From contig QHSR01000242.1 in assembly GCA_003221635.1 (NCBI GenBank), positions 11,396 through 75,395 on the forward strand: 64,000 bases of DNA, given 5' to 3'. This document shows, piece after piece, positions 55,150-64,000 of the stretch. The notes beneath the pieces are model-generated. The model was not told the DNA's origin. It ran no database searches and saw only the letters and a list, made by a program, of their open reading frames with translations. The position numbers were made by a program, and so were the translations under genes. Numbering within the stretch: the first letter of the stretch is position 1; the number at the start of each line of letters is the position of its first letter. The DNA is from Candidatus Rokuibacteriota bacterium. GTDB lineage: Bacteria; Methylomirabilota; Methylomirabilia; Rokubacteriales; CSP1-6.

Positions 55150-56340
55150 ATGTCGGGAGCAACGCGCCTGCGCGCTGAGCCCGTCGCCCTCGTCGCCGCC
55201 GGAGCCGTGACCCCGTTCGGCACCGACCTCGACGCGTTCTGGTCAGGGCTCATCACGGGAAGCGATGGGATCTCGATGATCGAGCGCTTCCCGGTGGACG
55301 ATCTGCGGGTTGGGCGCGGTGGCGAGATCAAGAAGCTCAGGCCGCTGCCCCCCACACGCCACACGGGATGTCGGGCCACGCAGCTTCTGCTGGCCGCGGC
55401 CCAAGACCTTCTGGCCCGTGCCGATATCTCGGCCGTGCCCGAACGCGTGGCGGTCGTTCTCGGCACCGCGCTCGGCGGGGTCGAGCAGCTCGAGCGCGCC
55501 CTGGCGCGGGGGGGCCGTCCACGCCACGCAGCCGGGGCGCTCTACGACAGCCCCGCGCACGCGCTCGCGCGCCGGCTCGGCGCACGAGGCCCCGTGCTCA
55601 CCGTGAGCACGGCGTGCGCTGCGGGGGCGACGGCGCTCGGCATCGGGGCGGACCTGCTGCGCGACGGGGCGGCTGATGTCGTGATCGCCGGCGGCTATGA
55701 TGGCCTCTGTAGGTTTGTGATGCGTGGCTTCGACGCCCTGCGCTCGCTCACGCGCGAGCGCGTGCGGCCCTTCGACCGCCGGCGAAGCGGCCTCCTGCTG
55801 GGCGAGGCGGCGGCCCTGGTGCTGATGACCCGCGACGACCGCAAGGGCGAGCCAAGGCTTGGTAGGCTCCTCGGTCATGCGAGCGCCAGCGACGGTTCGC
55901 ACATCGCCGCCCCTGATCCGAGCGGTCGCGGCCTCGAGTTCGCCGTCCGGGCGGCGCTCGACGAAGCCGCGGTGACGCCGGCCGACGTAGACTTCGTGAG
56001 CGCCCATGGGACCGGCACGCCGCTCAACGACCGAATCGAGGCCGAAGTGCTCAGGCGAACGCTGGGCCACCGCGCCTCGGCGATTCCCGTCAACTCGATC
56101 AAGGGGGCGTTCGGCCACTCGATGGGGGCGGCCGCGGCCCTCGAGGCCATCATGTGCCTTCTCGCCTCGCGCGAGGGTGTCGTGCCTCACACACGCGGTC
56201 TGGAGGAGCCCGATCCGGCGTGTGATCTGGACCACGTGGTCGGGTCCCCCCGTGCCACGCGTCCTCGGATCAGCCTCAGCACCTCGCTGGGCCTCGGCGG
56301 CTGTAACGCCGCGCTCGTCCTGGAAGGTGGGGAGACATGA
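55150..56340 (+). CDS. Beta-ketoacyl-ACP synthase (FabF/KS-alpha-like), catalytic triad present
   Basis: Cys in VSTACAAGATALG, His in SAHGTGTPLND, His in GAFGHSMGAAA. Confidence 0.9.
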   Translation: MSGATRLRAEPVALVAAGAVTPFGTDLDAFWSGLITGSDGISMIERFPVDDLRVGRGGEIKKLRPLPPTRHTGCRATQLLLAAAQDLLARADISAVPERVAVVLGTALGGVEQLERALARGGRPRHAAGALYDSPAHALARRLGARGPVLTVSTACAAGATALGIGADLLRDGAADVVIAGGYDGLCRFVMRGFDALRSLTRERVRPFDRRRSGLLLGEAAALVLMTRDDRKGEPRLGRLLGHASASDGSHIAAPDPSGRGLEFAVRAALDEAAVTPADVDFVSAHGTGTPLNDRIEAEVLRRTLGHRASAIPVNSIKGAFGHSMGAAAALEAIMCLLASREGVVPHTRGLEEPDPACDLDHVVGSPRATRPRISLSTSLGLGGCNAALVLEGGET

Positions 56341-57239
56341 CCGCCTCGCTCGAGGCCCGGTCGGCTGCAGCAGGTTCAGCGAACGCCACGCCGCCGACGG
56401 GGACCGCCGTCGAGGCCGTCGCGGTGCTCACCGGCTGGGGTCACGGCATCCGCGCCTTGCCGGCGGACGCTGAGCGGGCGGCGGCGGGCCGGGCGGTGAT
56501 CCCGCTCTTCCGTCCGGTACTCGAGGGCGAGCGGTTCAGGCGGGCTACTCGGGAGTGTCTGCTGGGCGTGGCGGCCGTGGACGCCCTCCTGCGCGAGAGC
56601 GGCATCACCCGTGACATGATACGCGGAAGCGCGACCGCGCTGATCTACGTCACCGGCGCCGGCTATGGCGCCTCGAATCAGGCGTTTGTCGTAGCGGAGT
56701 CCTTGAGGCAAGCTCGCATCGAGGGTGGCCTGACGGACAAGCGACCCGGCTCGGTCGCATCGAGCGGCACGTTGCACTTCCCGTACACGGCGCCCAGCGC
56801 GATGGCCGGTGAGGTTGCGATCGAGTTCGGACTGACCGGCCCGTATGGCATCCTGATCGGCGGAGCCGCCACGACGATCGATGCCCTCTGGCAGGCGACG
56901 CGACTCCTGGCCGGCGGACGGTGCGAGCGCGCGCTCGTGCTCGCCGTCGAGACCTTCGAGGAGTGTGCCGCCCTCTACGCGCGGGGACGCTGGCTCGTCA
57001 GGCGCCCGCTGGTCGAAGCGGCGGTATGCGCGCTGCTCGTGCCCGGCGCTCTGCGCGCGAGATACGACGCGCCGCGGACGCCGTCGACGCTCGAGACGCT
57101 CGCACGCGTCCGCGCCGGCGAGACGCTCGCGTGCGCGCCGCTGATCGCGCTGGCGCTCGCGCGCGACGGCGGCGCAGCGGGATCGGTCAGCGTCACGGGC
57201 GAATGGCGCGGCCGCCGCGCCGGACTCCACTGGCAGTAG
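56337..57239 (+). CDS. KS-like partner protein lacking the active-site Cys (chain-length-factor-like)
   Basis: ATGA overlap with the upstream KS. Thiolase-fold block AGEVAIEFGLTGPYGILIGGAATTIDAL, where TAC(A/S)S is replaced by GGAAT. Only 300 aa. Confidence 0.75.
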   Translation: MTASLEARSAAAGSANATPPTGTAVEAVAVLTGWGHGIRALPADAERAAAGRAVIPLFRPVLEGERFRRATRECLLGVAAVDALLRESGITRDMIRGSATALIYVTGAGYGASNQAFVVAESLRQARIEGGLTDKRPGSVASSGTLHFPYTAPSAMAGEVAIEFGLTGPYGILIGGAATTIDALWQATRLLAGGRCERALVLAVETFEECAALYARGRWLVRRPLVEAAVCALLVPGALRARYDAPRTPSTLETLARVRAGETLACAPLIALALARDGGAAGSVSVTGEWRGRRAGLHWQ

Positions 57240-57244
57240 TGGTC

Positions 57245-57403
57245 GTAGGAGCCGAACGGCGCCGCGCCGAGAGGCGACGCTTCAATGGGTCGAGGGAGTA
57301 GGAGCCGAACGGTGCCGCGCCGAGAGGCGACGCTTCAGTGGCTCGAGATAGTAGGAGCCGAACGGCGTCACGCCGAGAGGCGACGCTTCAGAGCCTAGGA
57401 GGG
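57245..57403. repeat. Tandem repeat array, 3 x 53 bp, related to the 56-bp array at 30087
   Basis: Units start at 57245, 57298 and 57351 (gtaggagccgaacggcgccgcgccgagaggcgacgcttcaatgggtcgaggga). The last unit supplies the AGGAGG in front of the ACP ATG. Confidence 0.9.
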
Positions 57404-57405
57404 GT

Positions 57406-57681
57406 ATGGAACCCAAAGAGGTGTTCGACGAGCTCAAAACGATTCTCGTGACGCGGCTCAAGTTCGACCCGCGCCGCGCCGTCGACCTGAGCCTCGAGAC
57501 GACCTTGCCGAAGGACCTCGAGGGCTCGATCGGTCTGGACTCGCTCGACTTCATCGAGCTGTCGATCGCGCTCGAAGAGCGTTTCGGCATCGTGATGGAT
57601 GATTCGGCAGACCTGGCCCCCCATTTCATGTCCTTCGACACGCTTTCGCGCTACGTCGCATCGAGGACGGCCGGCGCGTGA
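57406..57681 (+). CDS. Acyl carrier protein
   Basis: 91 aa. Phosphopantetheine attachment motif GLDSLDFIEL. Confidence 0.9.
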   Translation: MEPKEVFDELKTILVTRLKFDPRRAVDLSLETTLPKDLEGSIGLDSLDFIELSIALEERFGIVMDDSADLAPHFMSFDTLSRYVASRTAGA

Positions 57682-58856
57682 AGCCCGTCGCCGTCACAGG
57701 GCTCGGGGTCGTCAGCCCGTTCGGGGCCGGCGTGAAGGCCTACTGGGAGGGGATCAGTGGCGGCGTCTGCGCCATCCGACCGATCACCCTGATCGACACC
57801 GAGGGCTTCCGTTGCCGGATCGCGGCCGAGGTGCCAGACGGCATCGGCGGCTCGGCACGGCGCACGCGGGCCGACCGATTGGCCCTCGCCGCCGCGTGCG
57901 AGGCGCTGGACGACGCCGGGGTCGTTCGCCGAGAGCGAGCGGAGGCCGCGCTGGTCGTGGGTGCGGTCGGCGGGGGGATGCTGGAAGCCGAAGCGTGGTA
58001 CTGGCGACGTGCGCGCGGTGTTCGCGAGCCCATGCCGCGGACGCTCGCGTCGAGCTTTCCGTCCGCGCACGCCGATGTGATCGGGAGCGCCCTGGGCCTC
58101 GGTGGGCCGCGCGAGACCGTCGTGACAGCCTGCAGCTCCGGGGCCGTGTCGCTCGCGCTCGCGGCCGATCTGGTGGCCGACGGTGTCGTTCCGCTGGCGG
58201 TCGCCGGCGGCGTCGACGCATTGACGCGGATCTGCTTCATGGGGTTCAATGCGCTGAAGCTTCTCGACTCGGCGCCGTGCCGTCCCTTCGATCGCGACCG
58301 GCGCGGCATGTCGATCGGCGAGGGCGCCGCGTTCGTGGTGCTCGAGGACGCTGGCCGCGCGAGAGCGCGCGCGGCGCGGATTTACGCAGAGCTGGCGGGC
58401 TACGGTATGACGAGCGACGCCTTTCACGTCACGTCGCCGCACCCGGAAGGTGAGGGGATGGCGCGGGCGATGCGCGCGGCCCTACAGCAGGCGGGGGTGA
58501 CGCCCGCGTCCGTCGGATACGCGAACGCGCACGGCACGGCCACGCCGCAGAACGACCGGATCGAGGCGCGAGCGATTCGCGACGTTTTCGGCGAGGGGCG
58601 CCTTCTCGTCAGCTCGACGAAGTCCATGATCGGGCACACGATGGCGGCGGCCGGGACGCTCGAGGCGGTGGCGACCGTGCTGGCGCTCGGGAACGAGGTC
58701 ATTCCGCCGACCGCGCAGCTCGAGACCCCCGATCCCGAGATCCCCTTCGACTGCGTGCCGCGCGTGGCGCGCGAAGCGGCCGTCGAGTTCGCGATCTCGA
58801 ACTCGTTCGGTTTCGGTGGCCAGAACGTGACTCTGCTCTTCAGGCGCGCCGCGTGA
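57678..58856 (+). CDS. Beta-ketoacyl-ACP synthase II-like (second KS), catalytic triad present
   Basis: Cys in VVTACSSGAVSL, His in NAHGTATPQND, His in SMIGHTMAAAG. GTGA overlap with the ACP gene. Confidence 0.9.
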   Translation: MKPVAVTGLGVVSPFGAGVKAYWEGISGGVCAIRPITLIDTEGFRCRIAAEVPDGIGGSARRTRADRLALAAACEALDDAGVVRRERAEAALVVGAVGGGMLEAEAWYWRRARGVREPMPRTLASSFPSAHADVIGSALGLGGPRETVVTACSSGAVSLALAADLVADGVVPLAVAGGVDALTRICFMGFNALKLLDSAPCRPFDRDRRGMSIGEGAAFVVLEDAGRARARAARIYAELAGYGMTSDAFHVTSPHPEGEGMARAMRAALQQAGVTPASVGYANAHGTATPQNDRIEARAIRDVFGEGRLLVSSTKSMIGHTMAAAGTLEAVATVLALGNEVIPPTAQLETPDPEIPFDCVPRVAREAAVEFAISNSFGFGGQNVTLLFRRAA

Positions 58857-59893
58857 TGGCACCCCGGGTCGTCATCACCGGGGTCGGGGTCGTCGACGGA
58901 CACACCTCCGGCGTGGTGAGCCGCCTCCTGGACCAGGCGGAGGCGCGGCGCCTTTCGCGAGTGTGTCAGTTCACGGTGGCGGCGGCCCGCCTGGCCCTGG
59001 CCGAAGCCAGCCTCGATCCCGGAGGCGGGATGGCGCTGCTGATCGGCACGGAGTTCGGCGACATGGTGTCCACGATCGCGTTCGTGGACGGCTACCTGCG
59101 CAGCGGGCCGGTAGGCCTCTCGGCGCTCCTCTTCCCGCACACGGTCATGAACACGATGGCGGCAGCGACCGCCATCGCCGTGTCGGCGAAGGATCTCTCG
59201 CTGACGCTCAACGCGCCGACGGTGGCCGGCGAGCTCGCGATCGCGCGCGCCTTCGCGGCCGTCCGCGCCGGCCGGATACGGGCGTGTTTGGCCGGCGGAG
59301 CCGACGAGCCCCCGCCCGTCATCGTGAACATACTGCGCGAGGCCGGTGCCGGATCCGACGTGAGGGGCGAAGGAGCGGGCTTCGTCGTGCTCGAATCGCT
59401 GGACGCGGCGCGCGCTCGAGGCGCCGGGATCCTCGGCGAGATCGTCGGGGCCGCCTGGCGTGCGCTGCCGGCCCGTCCTCACGGGATCGGGCGGAGCGCG
59501 GCCTCGCGGGCGATTGCCGCCGCCCTCGCGGACGCCGGCGCCGATCCCGCGGACGTCGGCCACGTCTACACCTCGGCGAACGGCGACGGACCGCGCGAGG
59601 AGTGGGAGCGTGCCCTCCTCGACACGGCGCTGGCGCCGCACCGACCCCCGAAGAGATCGCTGAGCCTGCCCACTGGGCGCCACTCCGGCCTGGCGGCGCG
59701 GACCGTCGCGACGGCCGCGTCGGAGGCGGGCGACCGGCTGGCGCTGGTTCATTCGGTGGCGCGAGGCGGTAACCAGGTCGCCATCGTCGTCGCGGGGCCA
59801 GACCGTGTGGGCCCGGACCGGTCGACGGATGAGGCGAGCTCTTCAACGGCTCCCCATCCCCGGGGGCGTCCCGCGGAGCGCGCGCTCGCATGA
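58853..59893 (+). CDS. Second KS-like partner protein lacking the active-site Cys
   Basis: GTGA overlap with KS2 (GTG start per track). The aligned active-site block reads LTLNAPTVAGELAI, with Pro in place of Cys. Low-complexity C-terminal tail. Confidence 0.75.
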   Translation: MMAPRVVITGVGVVDGHTSGVVSRLLDQAEARRLSRVCQFTVAAARLALAEASLDPGGGMALLIGTEFGDMVSTIAFVDGYLRSGPVGLSALLFPHTVMNTMAAATAIAVSAKDLSLTLNAPTVAGELAIARAFAAVRAGRIRACLAGGADEPPPVIVNILREAGAGSDVRGEGAGFVVLESLDAARARGAGILGEIVGAAWRALPARPHGIGRSAASRAIAAALADAGADPADVGHVYTSANGDGPREEWERALLDTALAPHRPPKRSLSLPTGRHSGLAARTVATAASEAGDRLALVHSVARGGNQVAIVVAGPDRVGPDRSTDEASSSTAPHPRGRPAERALA

Positions 59894-60951
59894 ACACGCT
59901 CATCGTCGTTCCCGTCTTCAACGAAGCGGACACTGTGGGCGAGGTCGTGACCGGCGCGCGTGCGTACGCGCCGGTGCTGGTCGTGGACGATGGCTCCCGC
60001 GACGGGAGCGCGGATATCGCTCGGCGCGCCGGCGCCGACGTGAGTCGCCACCCGTACCGCTTCGGCAAGGGCGAGGCGATCCGCACCGGCATCGCCGCGG
60101 CGCGCGCCCGCGGCGCCTCGGTCGTCGTGACGCTCGACGGCGACGGGCAGCATCGGCCGTCGGATCTCGGCCGGGTGCTGGACGCGATGCGGACGATGCC
60201 CCGGACGATCGTGATCGGAGGGCGCCTCGACGAGCCGGACGCTCTCCCGCCCGACCGGCTGAACGCGATTCGCGTCGCGGGGTTTTTCGTGAACTGGGCG
60301 TGCGGGCTCAGAATCCGCGACACGCAATCGGGCTTCAGAGCGTATCCGATCGAGCTCTTCGACGAGATCCGAGTTCACCGGGGCGGCTTCGTGTTCGAGA
60401 CCGAGGTGCTGGTCGGCGCCGTCGCGCGTGGGTGGCGCGTTCACGAGGTTCCCGTAGCCGCCCTTCCCCGAGAGCGCCAGCGGAGTCGATTCCGCCCGAT
60501 CAGCGACGGGGTCGCGATCGGTGGCTACATCGCCGGGCGGGTCTTCGTACGCTGGGCGCTCGAGGCGGGAGCGCTCGTCGGCGCCCTGGTGCAGCCGCAC
60601 CTCGGCGAGCGTCGGCGCGCGCGGCACGCGGCGACGCTCGAGCAGACGGCGGGGTACGCCGGCTCATTCCCCCTCTGGGCCATGGCGGTCGGGAGCGCGG
60701 CGATCCAGCACGCGCTGAACCGGGTGATGCTCTGGCGGCGCGATCCGCGGCCGCGCCGCGCTCTCGTCGCCGCCCAGGCGATGGTCGCCTCGCCCGTGCT
60801 GCTCGGGCTTCTCGCGCTGCAGGCGGTCGCGCCGCGGCCGATGCCCGATTTCGTCTCGCCGCTCGTGCGATGGTTGTGCTCCCAGGACCGGCTCGACGCC
60901 GAGCCGGCAGGGCTCGCGCCCGTCGCGAACCCGGTCGGGCCGCCCCGATGA
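59890..60951 (+). CDS. Family 2 glycosyltransferase with a C-terminal membrane region
   Basis: VVPVFNEA, VVDDGSRDGS and DGDGQH (DxD) motifs. Hydrophobic C-terminal third. Confidence 0.85.
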   Translation: MNTLIVVPVFNEADTVGEVVTGARAYAPVLVVDDGSRDGSADIARRAGADVSRHPYRFGKGEAIRTGIAAARARGASVVVTLDGDGQHRPSDLGRVLDAMRTMPRTIVIGGRLDEPDALPPDRLNAIRVAGFFVNWACGLRIRDTQSGFRAYPIELFDEIRVHRGGFVFETEVLVGAVARGWRVHEVPVAALPRERQRSRFRPISDGVAIGGYIAGRVFVRWALEAGALVGALVQPHLGERRRARHAATLEQTAGYAGSFPLWAMAVGSAAIQHALNRVMLWRRDPRPRRALVAAQAMVASPVLLGLLALQAVAPRPMPDFVSPLVRWLCSQDRLDAEPAGLAPVANPVGPPR

Positions 60952-62285
60952 GCGTGCCCGTGAGGCACGCAGCCAGCGTGCCCGTGGGTCACGACGTCAC
61001 CGAGCCGGGGGGGCGCACCGTGCCCGATGTGCACGATGTCATCGTGGTCGGGGGCGGGCCGGCCGGTGCCACGACGGGCGCGTTTCTTGCCCGTGCGGGG
61101 CGCCGTGTGCTCCTGTTCGAGCGGGAGCCTTTTCCCCGTTTCCACGTCGGCGAGTCCCTGCTCCCCGCGACCCTGCCGATCCTCGAACGCATGGGTGCGC
61201 TCGCCACGGTCGCCGAGCGGGGCTTCCAGGTGAAGTACGGCGCCACCTTCCACGACCAGGAGTCCGAGTACCAGCGCACGTTTTATTTCCTGACGAACAA
61301 GCCCTGGCCGAGCTACTCCTACCAGGTTCGCCGCGCAGACTTCGACGCGCTGCTGCTCGAGCACGCGGCGAAGCACGGCGTGGACGTGCGCCAACACTTT
61401 ACCGTCGAGTCGGTCGCGTTTGCCGCCGACGGCGTATCGGTGGGCGCGCGGCGCGATGGTCTGACGATCACCGCTCGGGCGAAATTTCTGGTGGACGCCA
61501 GCGGGCGCGACGGTCTGATCGCCACGAAGCTCGGACGCCGCGAGCGGATTCCCAATCTCGGAAAGGTCGCGCTCTTCGCGCACTTCCGGGGCGCCGCGCG
61601 CGCCCCCGGCCGTGACGAGGGGAATATCTCCATCTACGTCTTCCAGGATGGCTGGTTCTGGTGGATCCCGCTTGCAAATGACCTCACCAGCCTCGGCTGC
61701 GTCATGCACGCGCGGACCGTGCGAGGCTGGCCCGGGCAGCTCGACGACCTCTTCGCGGAAATGATCCGCCGGTGTCCGCGCGTCGCCGACCGCTTGGTCG
61801 GCGGCGAGCGCGTGACGGAGATCCACCGGGTCGCGAACTTCTCGTACATGAACGGCCCGCTCGTCGGAGACCGGTTCCTCGCCGTGGGCGACGCGATCGC
61901 CTTCGTGGACCCGATCTTCTCGAGTGGTGTCCACATCGCCATTCAGACGGGTGAGCTGGCCGCCCGGGCCGTGGACCGGGCGCTCGAGGACGGACGGTTC
62001 ACGGCCGCTCGGTTCGCGCCCTATCAGCGAACCGTCGAGCGCGGTCTTCGGCCATTCTTCCGCTTCATCCACAAGTACTACGAGCCCGCGTTTTTCGAGG
62101 TGTTCCTGCGGCCGCGCACGCGCTGGGTGCTGGAGGCCGTCCTCAGCGTGCTCTCAGGCGGTGCCTTCATGAAGATGGGGTGGGGGACACGCGCCGCGCT
62201 CGCGGTGCTCTTCGCCGGTGCGCGCATGAACCTCTGGACGCGCCGGCGCGCCGGCCGCCCGGTCGAGTCTCGACTCGAGTGGTGA
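60948..62285 (+). CDS. Flavin-dependent halogenase-like FAD oxidoreductase
   Basis: GxGxxG (VVGGGPAGATTG), the WxWxIP signature (GWFWWIPL), FVDPIFSSGV and a candidate Lys in FQVKYGATF. ATGA overlap with the GT2 gene. Confidence 0.8.
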   Translation: MSVPVRHAASVPVGHDVTEPGGRTVPDVHDVIVVGGGPAGATTGAFLARAGRRVLLFEREPFPRFHVGESLLPATLPILERMGALATVAERGFQVKYGATFHDQESEYQRTFYFLTNKPWPSYSYQVRRADFDALLLEHAAKHGVDVRQHFTVESVAFAADGVSVGARRDGLTITARAKFLVDASGRDGLIATKLGRRERIPNLGKVALFAHFRGAARAPGRDEGNISIYVFQDGWFWWIPLANDLTSLGCVMHARTVRGWPGQLDDLFAEMIRRCPRVADRLVGGERVTEIHRVANFSYMNGPLVGDRFLAVGDAIAFVDPIFSSGVHIAIQTGELAARAVDRALEDGRFTAARFAPYQRTVERGLRPFFRFIHKYYEPAFFEVFLRPRTRWVLEAVLSVLSGGAFMKMGWGTRAALAVLFAGARMNLWTRRRAGRPVESRLEW

Positions 62286-63346
62286 AGCCCCTGCGGGTGC
62301 TGCGCGGTTATCTGTTCACCATCATCGGCATCGCGATTGGCGTCGCGGGACTCGTCGCGCTCGGCGCGATGAGTGAGCGCATCGTTCGCTTCATCGAGGG
62401 CGGCGATCGCTTCGTGCTCGGTCAGATCTCGGTCGCCGGGCGGGGGATGGGCATGGGAACCGGGTTCACCGCCGGCGGTCTCCTGCCGGCGGCGACGATC
62501 CGCGCCATTGCGGAGGTTCCGGGCGTATCCGGCGTGCAGGCGCAGGTCATGCTGCCGTTGGACCCGTCGACCTCGCAGTTCATGACGCTCACGCAGGAGC
62601 TGATCCTCGGCGTCGACCTCGCGGTCCCGATGCCGAACCGCCACTACCGCGCGCTGCCCGTGCGCGCCGGGCGGTTTTTCCGGGACGGCGACCGGCGCGT
62701 CGCCGTGGTCGGGGCCTCGTTCGCGGCCTCGCGCGGGCTCGGCGTGGGCGGCCACATGTCTCCTCCGGACGGTGCTCGCCTCGGGCGGCGTACCGCTCAC
62801 GGCGGCTGACCTCAACACCGGCGCCGCGGTCGGATGGCTGGACGGCGACGACCCGGACGCGGTCGCCCTGCGGATCAGGGAGCGTGTGCCCGGCGTCAAC
62901 GTCCAGCTTCCGAGCGAGCTGAGCCGGCTCCTGCGCTCGTCCACGGCCTTCTTCTCCGCGCTGCTCGCCGGCATCGGCGTGCTCGCCTTCGTCATCGGCG
63001 GCCTCTCGCTGGCGAACACGATGGCCGCCGCGGTCTTCGAGCGGATCCGCGACTTCGGTGTCAAGCGTGCGCTCGGCGCCACCGATCTGCAGCTCGGGCT
63101 CGAGGTGCTGACCGAGTCGCTCGCCGTGACGCTGGTGGGTGGGCTCGCCGGTATCGGGCTCGCGCTCGTGCTCGGCTGGGCCATCGACGGCACGGTCGCG
63201 CGGGCGCAGCAGTTGTTCCACTTCTCGCCGCGGCTGCTGGGCGGTGCCCTCACGTTCTCGATCCTGCTCGGCGCGGCGGCGGCGACGTACGCCACCGCAC
63301 GGGTCGTGTCGGTCTCGCCCGCCGAGGCGATCCGCCGGGGGAGCTG

Positions 63347-63347
<1 letters not shown>
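62282..63347 (+). pseudogene. FtsX/MacB-LolC-type ABC permease with an apparent frameshift near 62757-62772
   Basis: TM1 and the periplasmic domain are in one frame (VKPLRVLRGYLFTIIGIAIG...LGVGGHM). The rest, including the FtsX TM2-4 region (FFSALLAGIGVLAFVIGGLSLANTM...), is in another frame. Confidence 0.65.

Positions 63348-64000
<653 letters not shown>

Overview
Very GC-rich (by eye about two-thirds G+C, not computed), densely coding chromosomal segment of a diderm bacterium. Most long alternative-frame ORFs in the track are Arg/Pro/Gly-rich artefacts of the base composition. Gene blocks: (1) small-molecule and nucleoside genes: GNAT, OYE reductase, RidA, SDR, CoA-transferase, nucleoside hydrolase, a disrupted ribokinase, a GH3 lipoprotein and BtpA. 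(2) A complete minus-strand type II secretion operon, gspE-F-G-H-I-J-K-L-M, a GspC/PilP-like gene and gspD (9300-20461). (3) ZIP transporter, aroQ, an ECF sigma factor with a fused transmembrane C-terminal domain, an acyl-CoA carboxyltransferase, pckG and cobS-cobC. (4) DUF3047, hslR, and DUF169 with a cNMP-binding protein. (5) A cobalamin-riboswitch-led corrinoid salvage and uptake operon, cobU-cobT-btuF-btuC-btuD-cbiZ-tonB-hyp-OMP-cbiB (about 32680-41158). (6) argS, SPOR, hpt, ftsH, folP, glmM, acpS, nnr, tsaE and radC. (7) From 55150 to the window edge, a tightly coupled type II PKS/FAS-like lipid cluster: two ketosynthases each followed by a Cys-less KS-like partner, an ACP, a GT2, a flavin-dependent halogenase and a LolCDE/MacB-like ABC exporter. 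This cluster is my best candidate for an undescribed system. Non-genic structure: two related intergenic tandem-repeat arrays (5 x 56 bp at 30087; 3 x 53 bp at 57245). Two nested-hairpin elements inside operons share an identical 20-nt core (17421-17533; 36409-36503). A perfect 49-bp inverted repeat links the broken ribokinase to the neighbouring GH3 gene. There is also a head-to-tail DnaA-box-like triplet. Several genes look frameshifted or truncated (rbsK, FtsX permease, LuxR-like remnant, REC remnant, gspG 5' end). These may be genuine decay or assembly/sequencing error. No rRNA, tRNA, CRISPR array, transposase or integrase was recognised.
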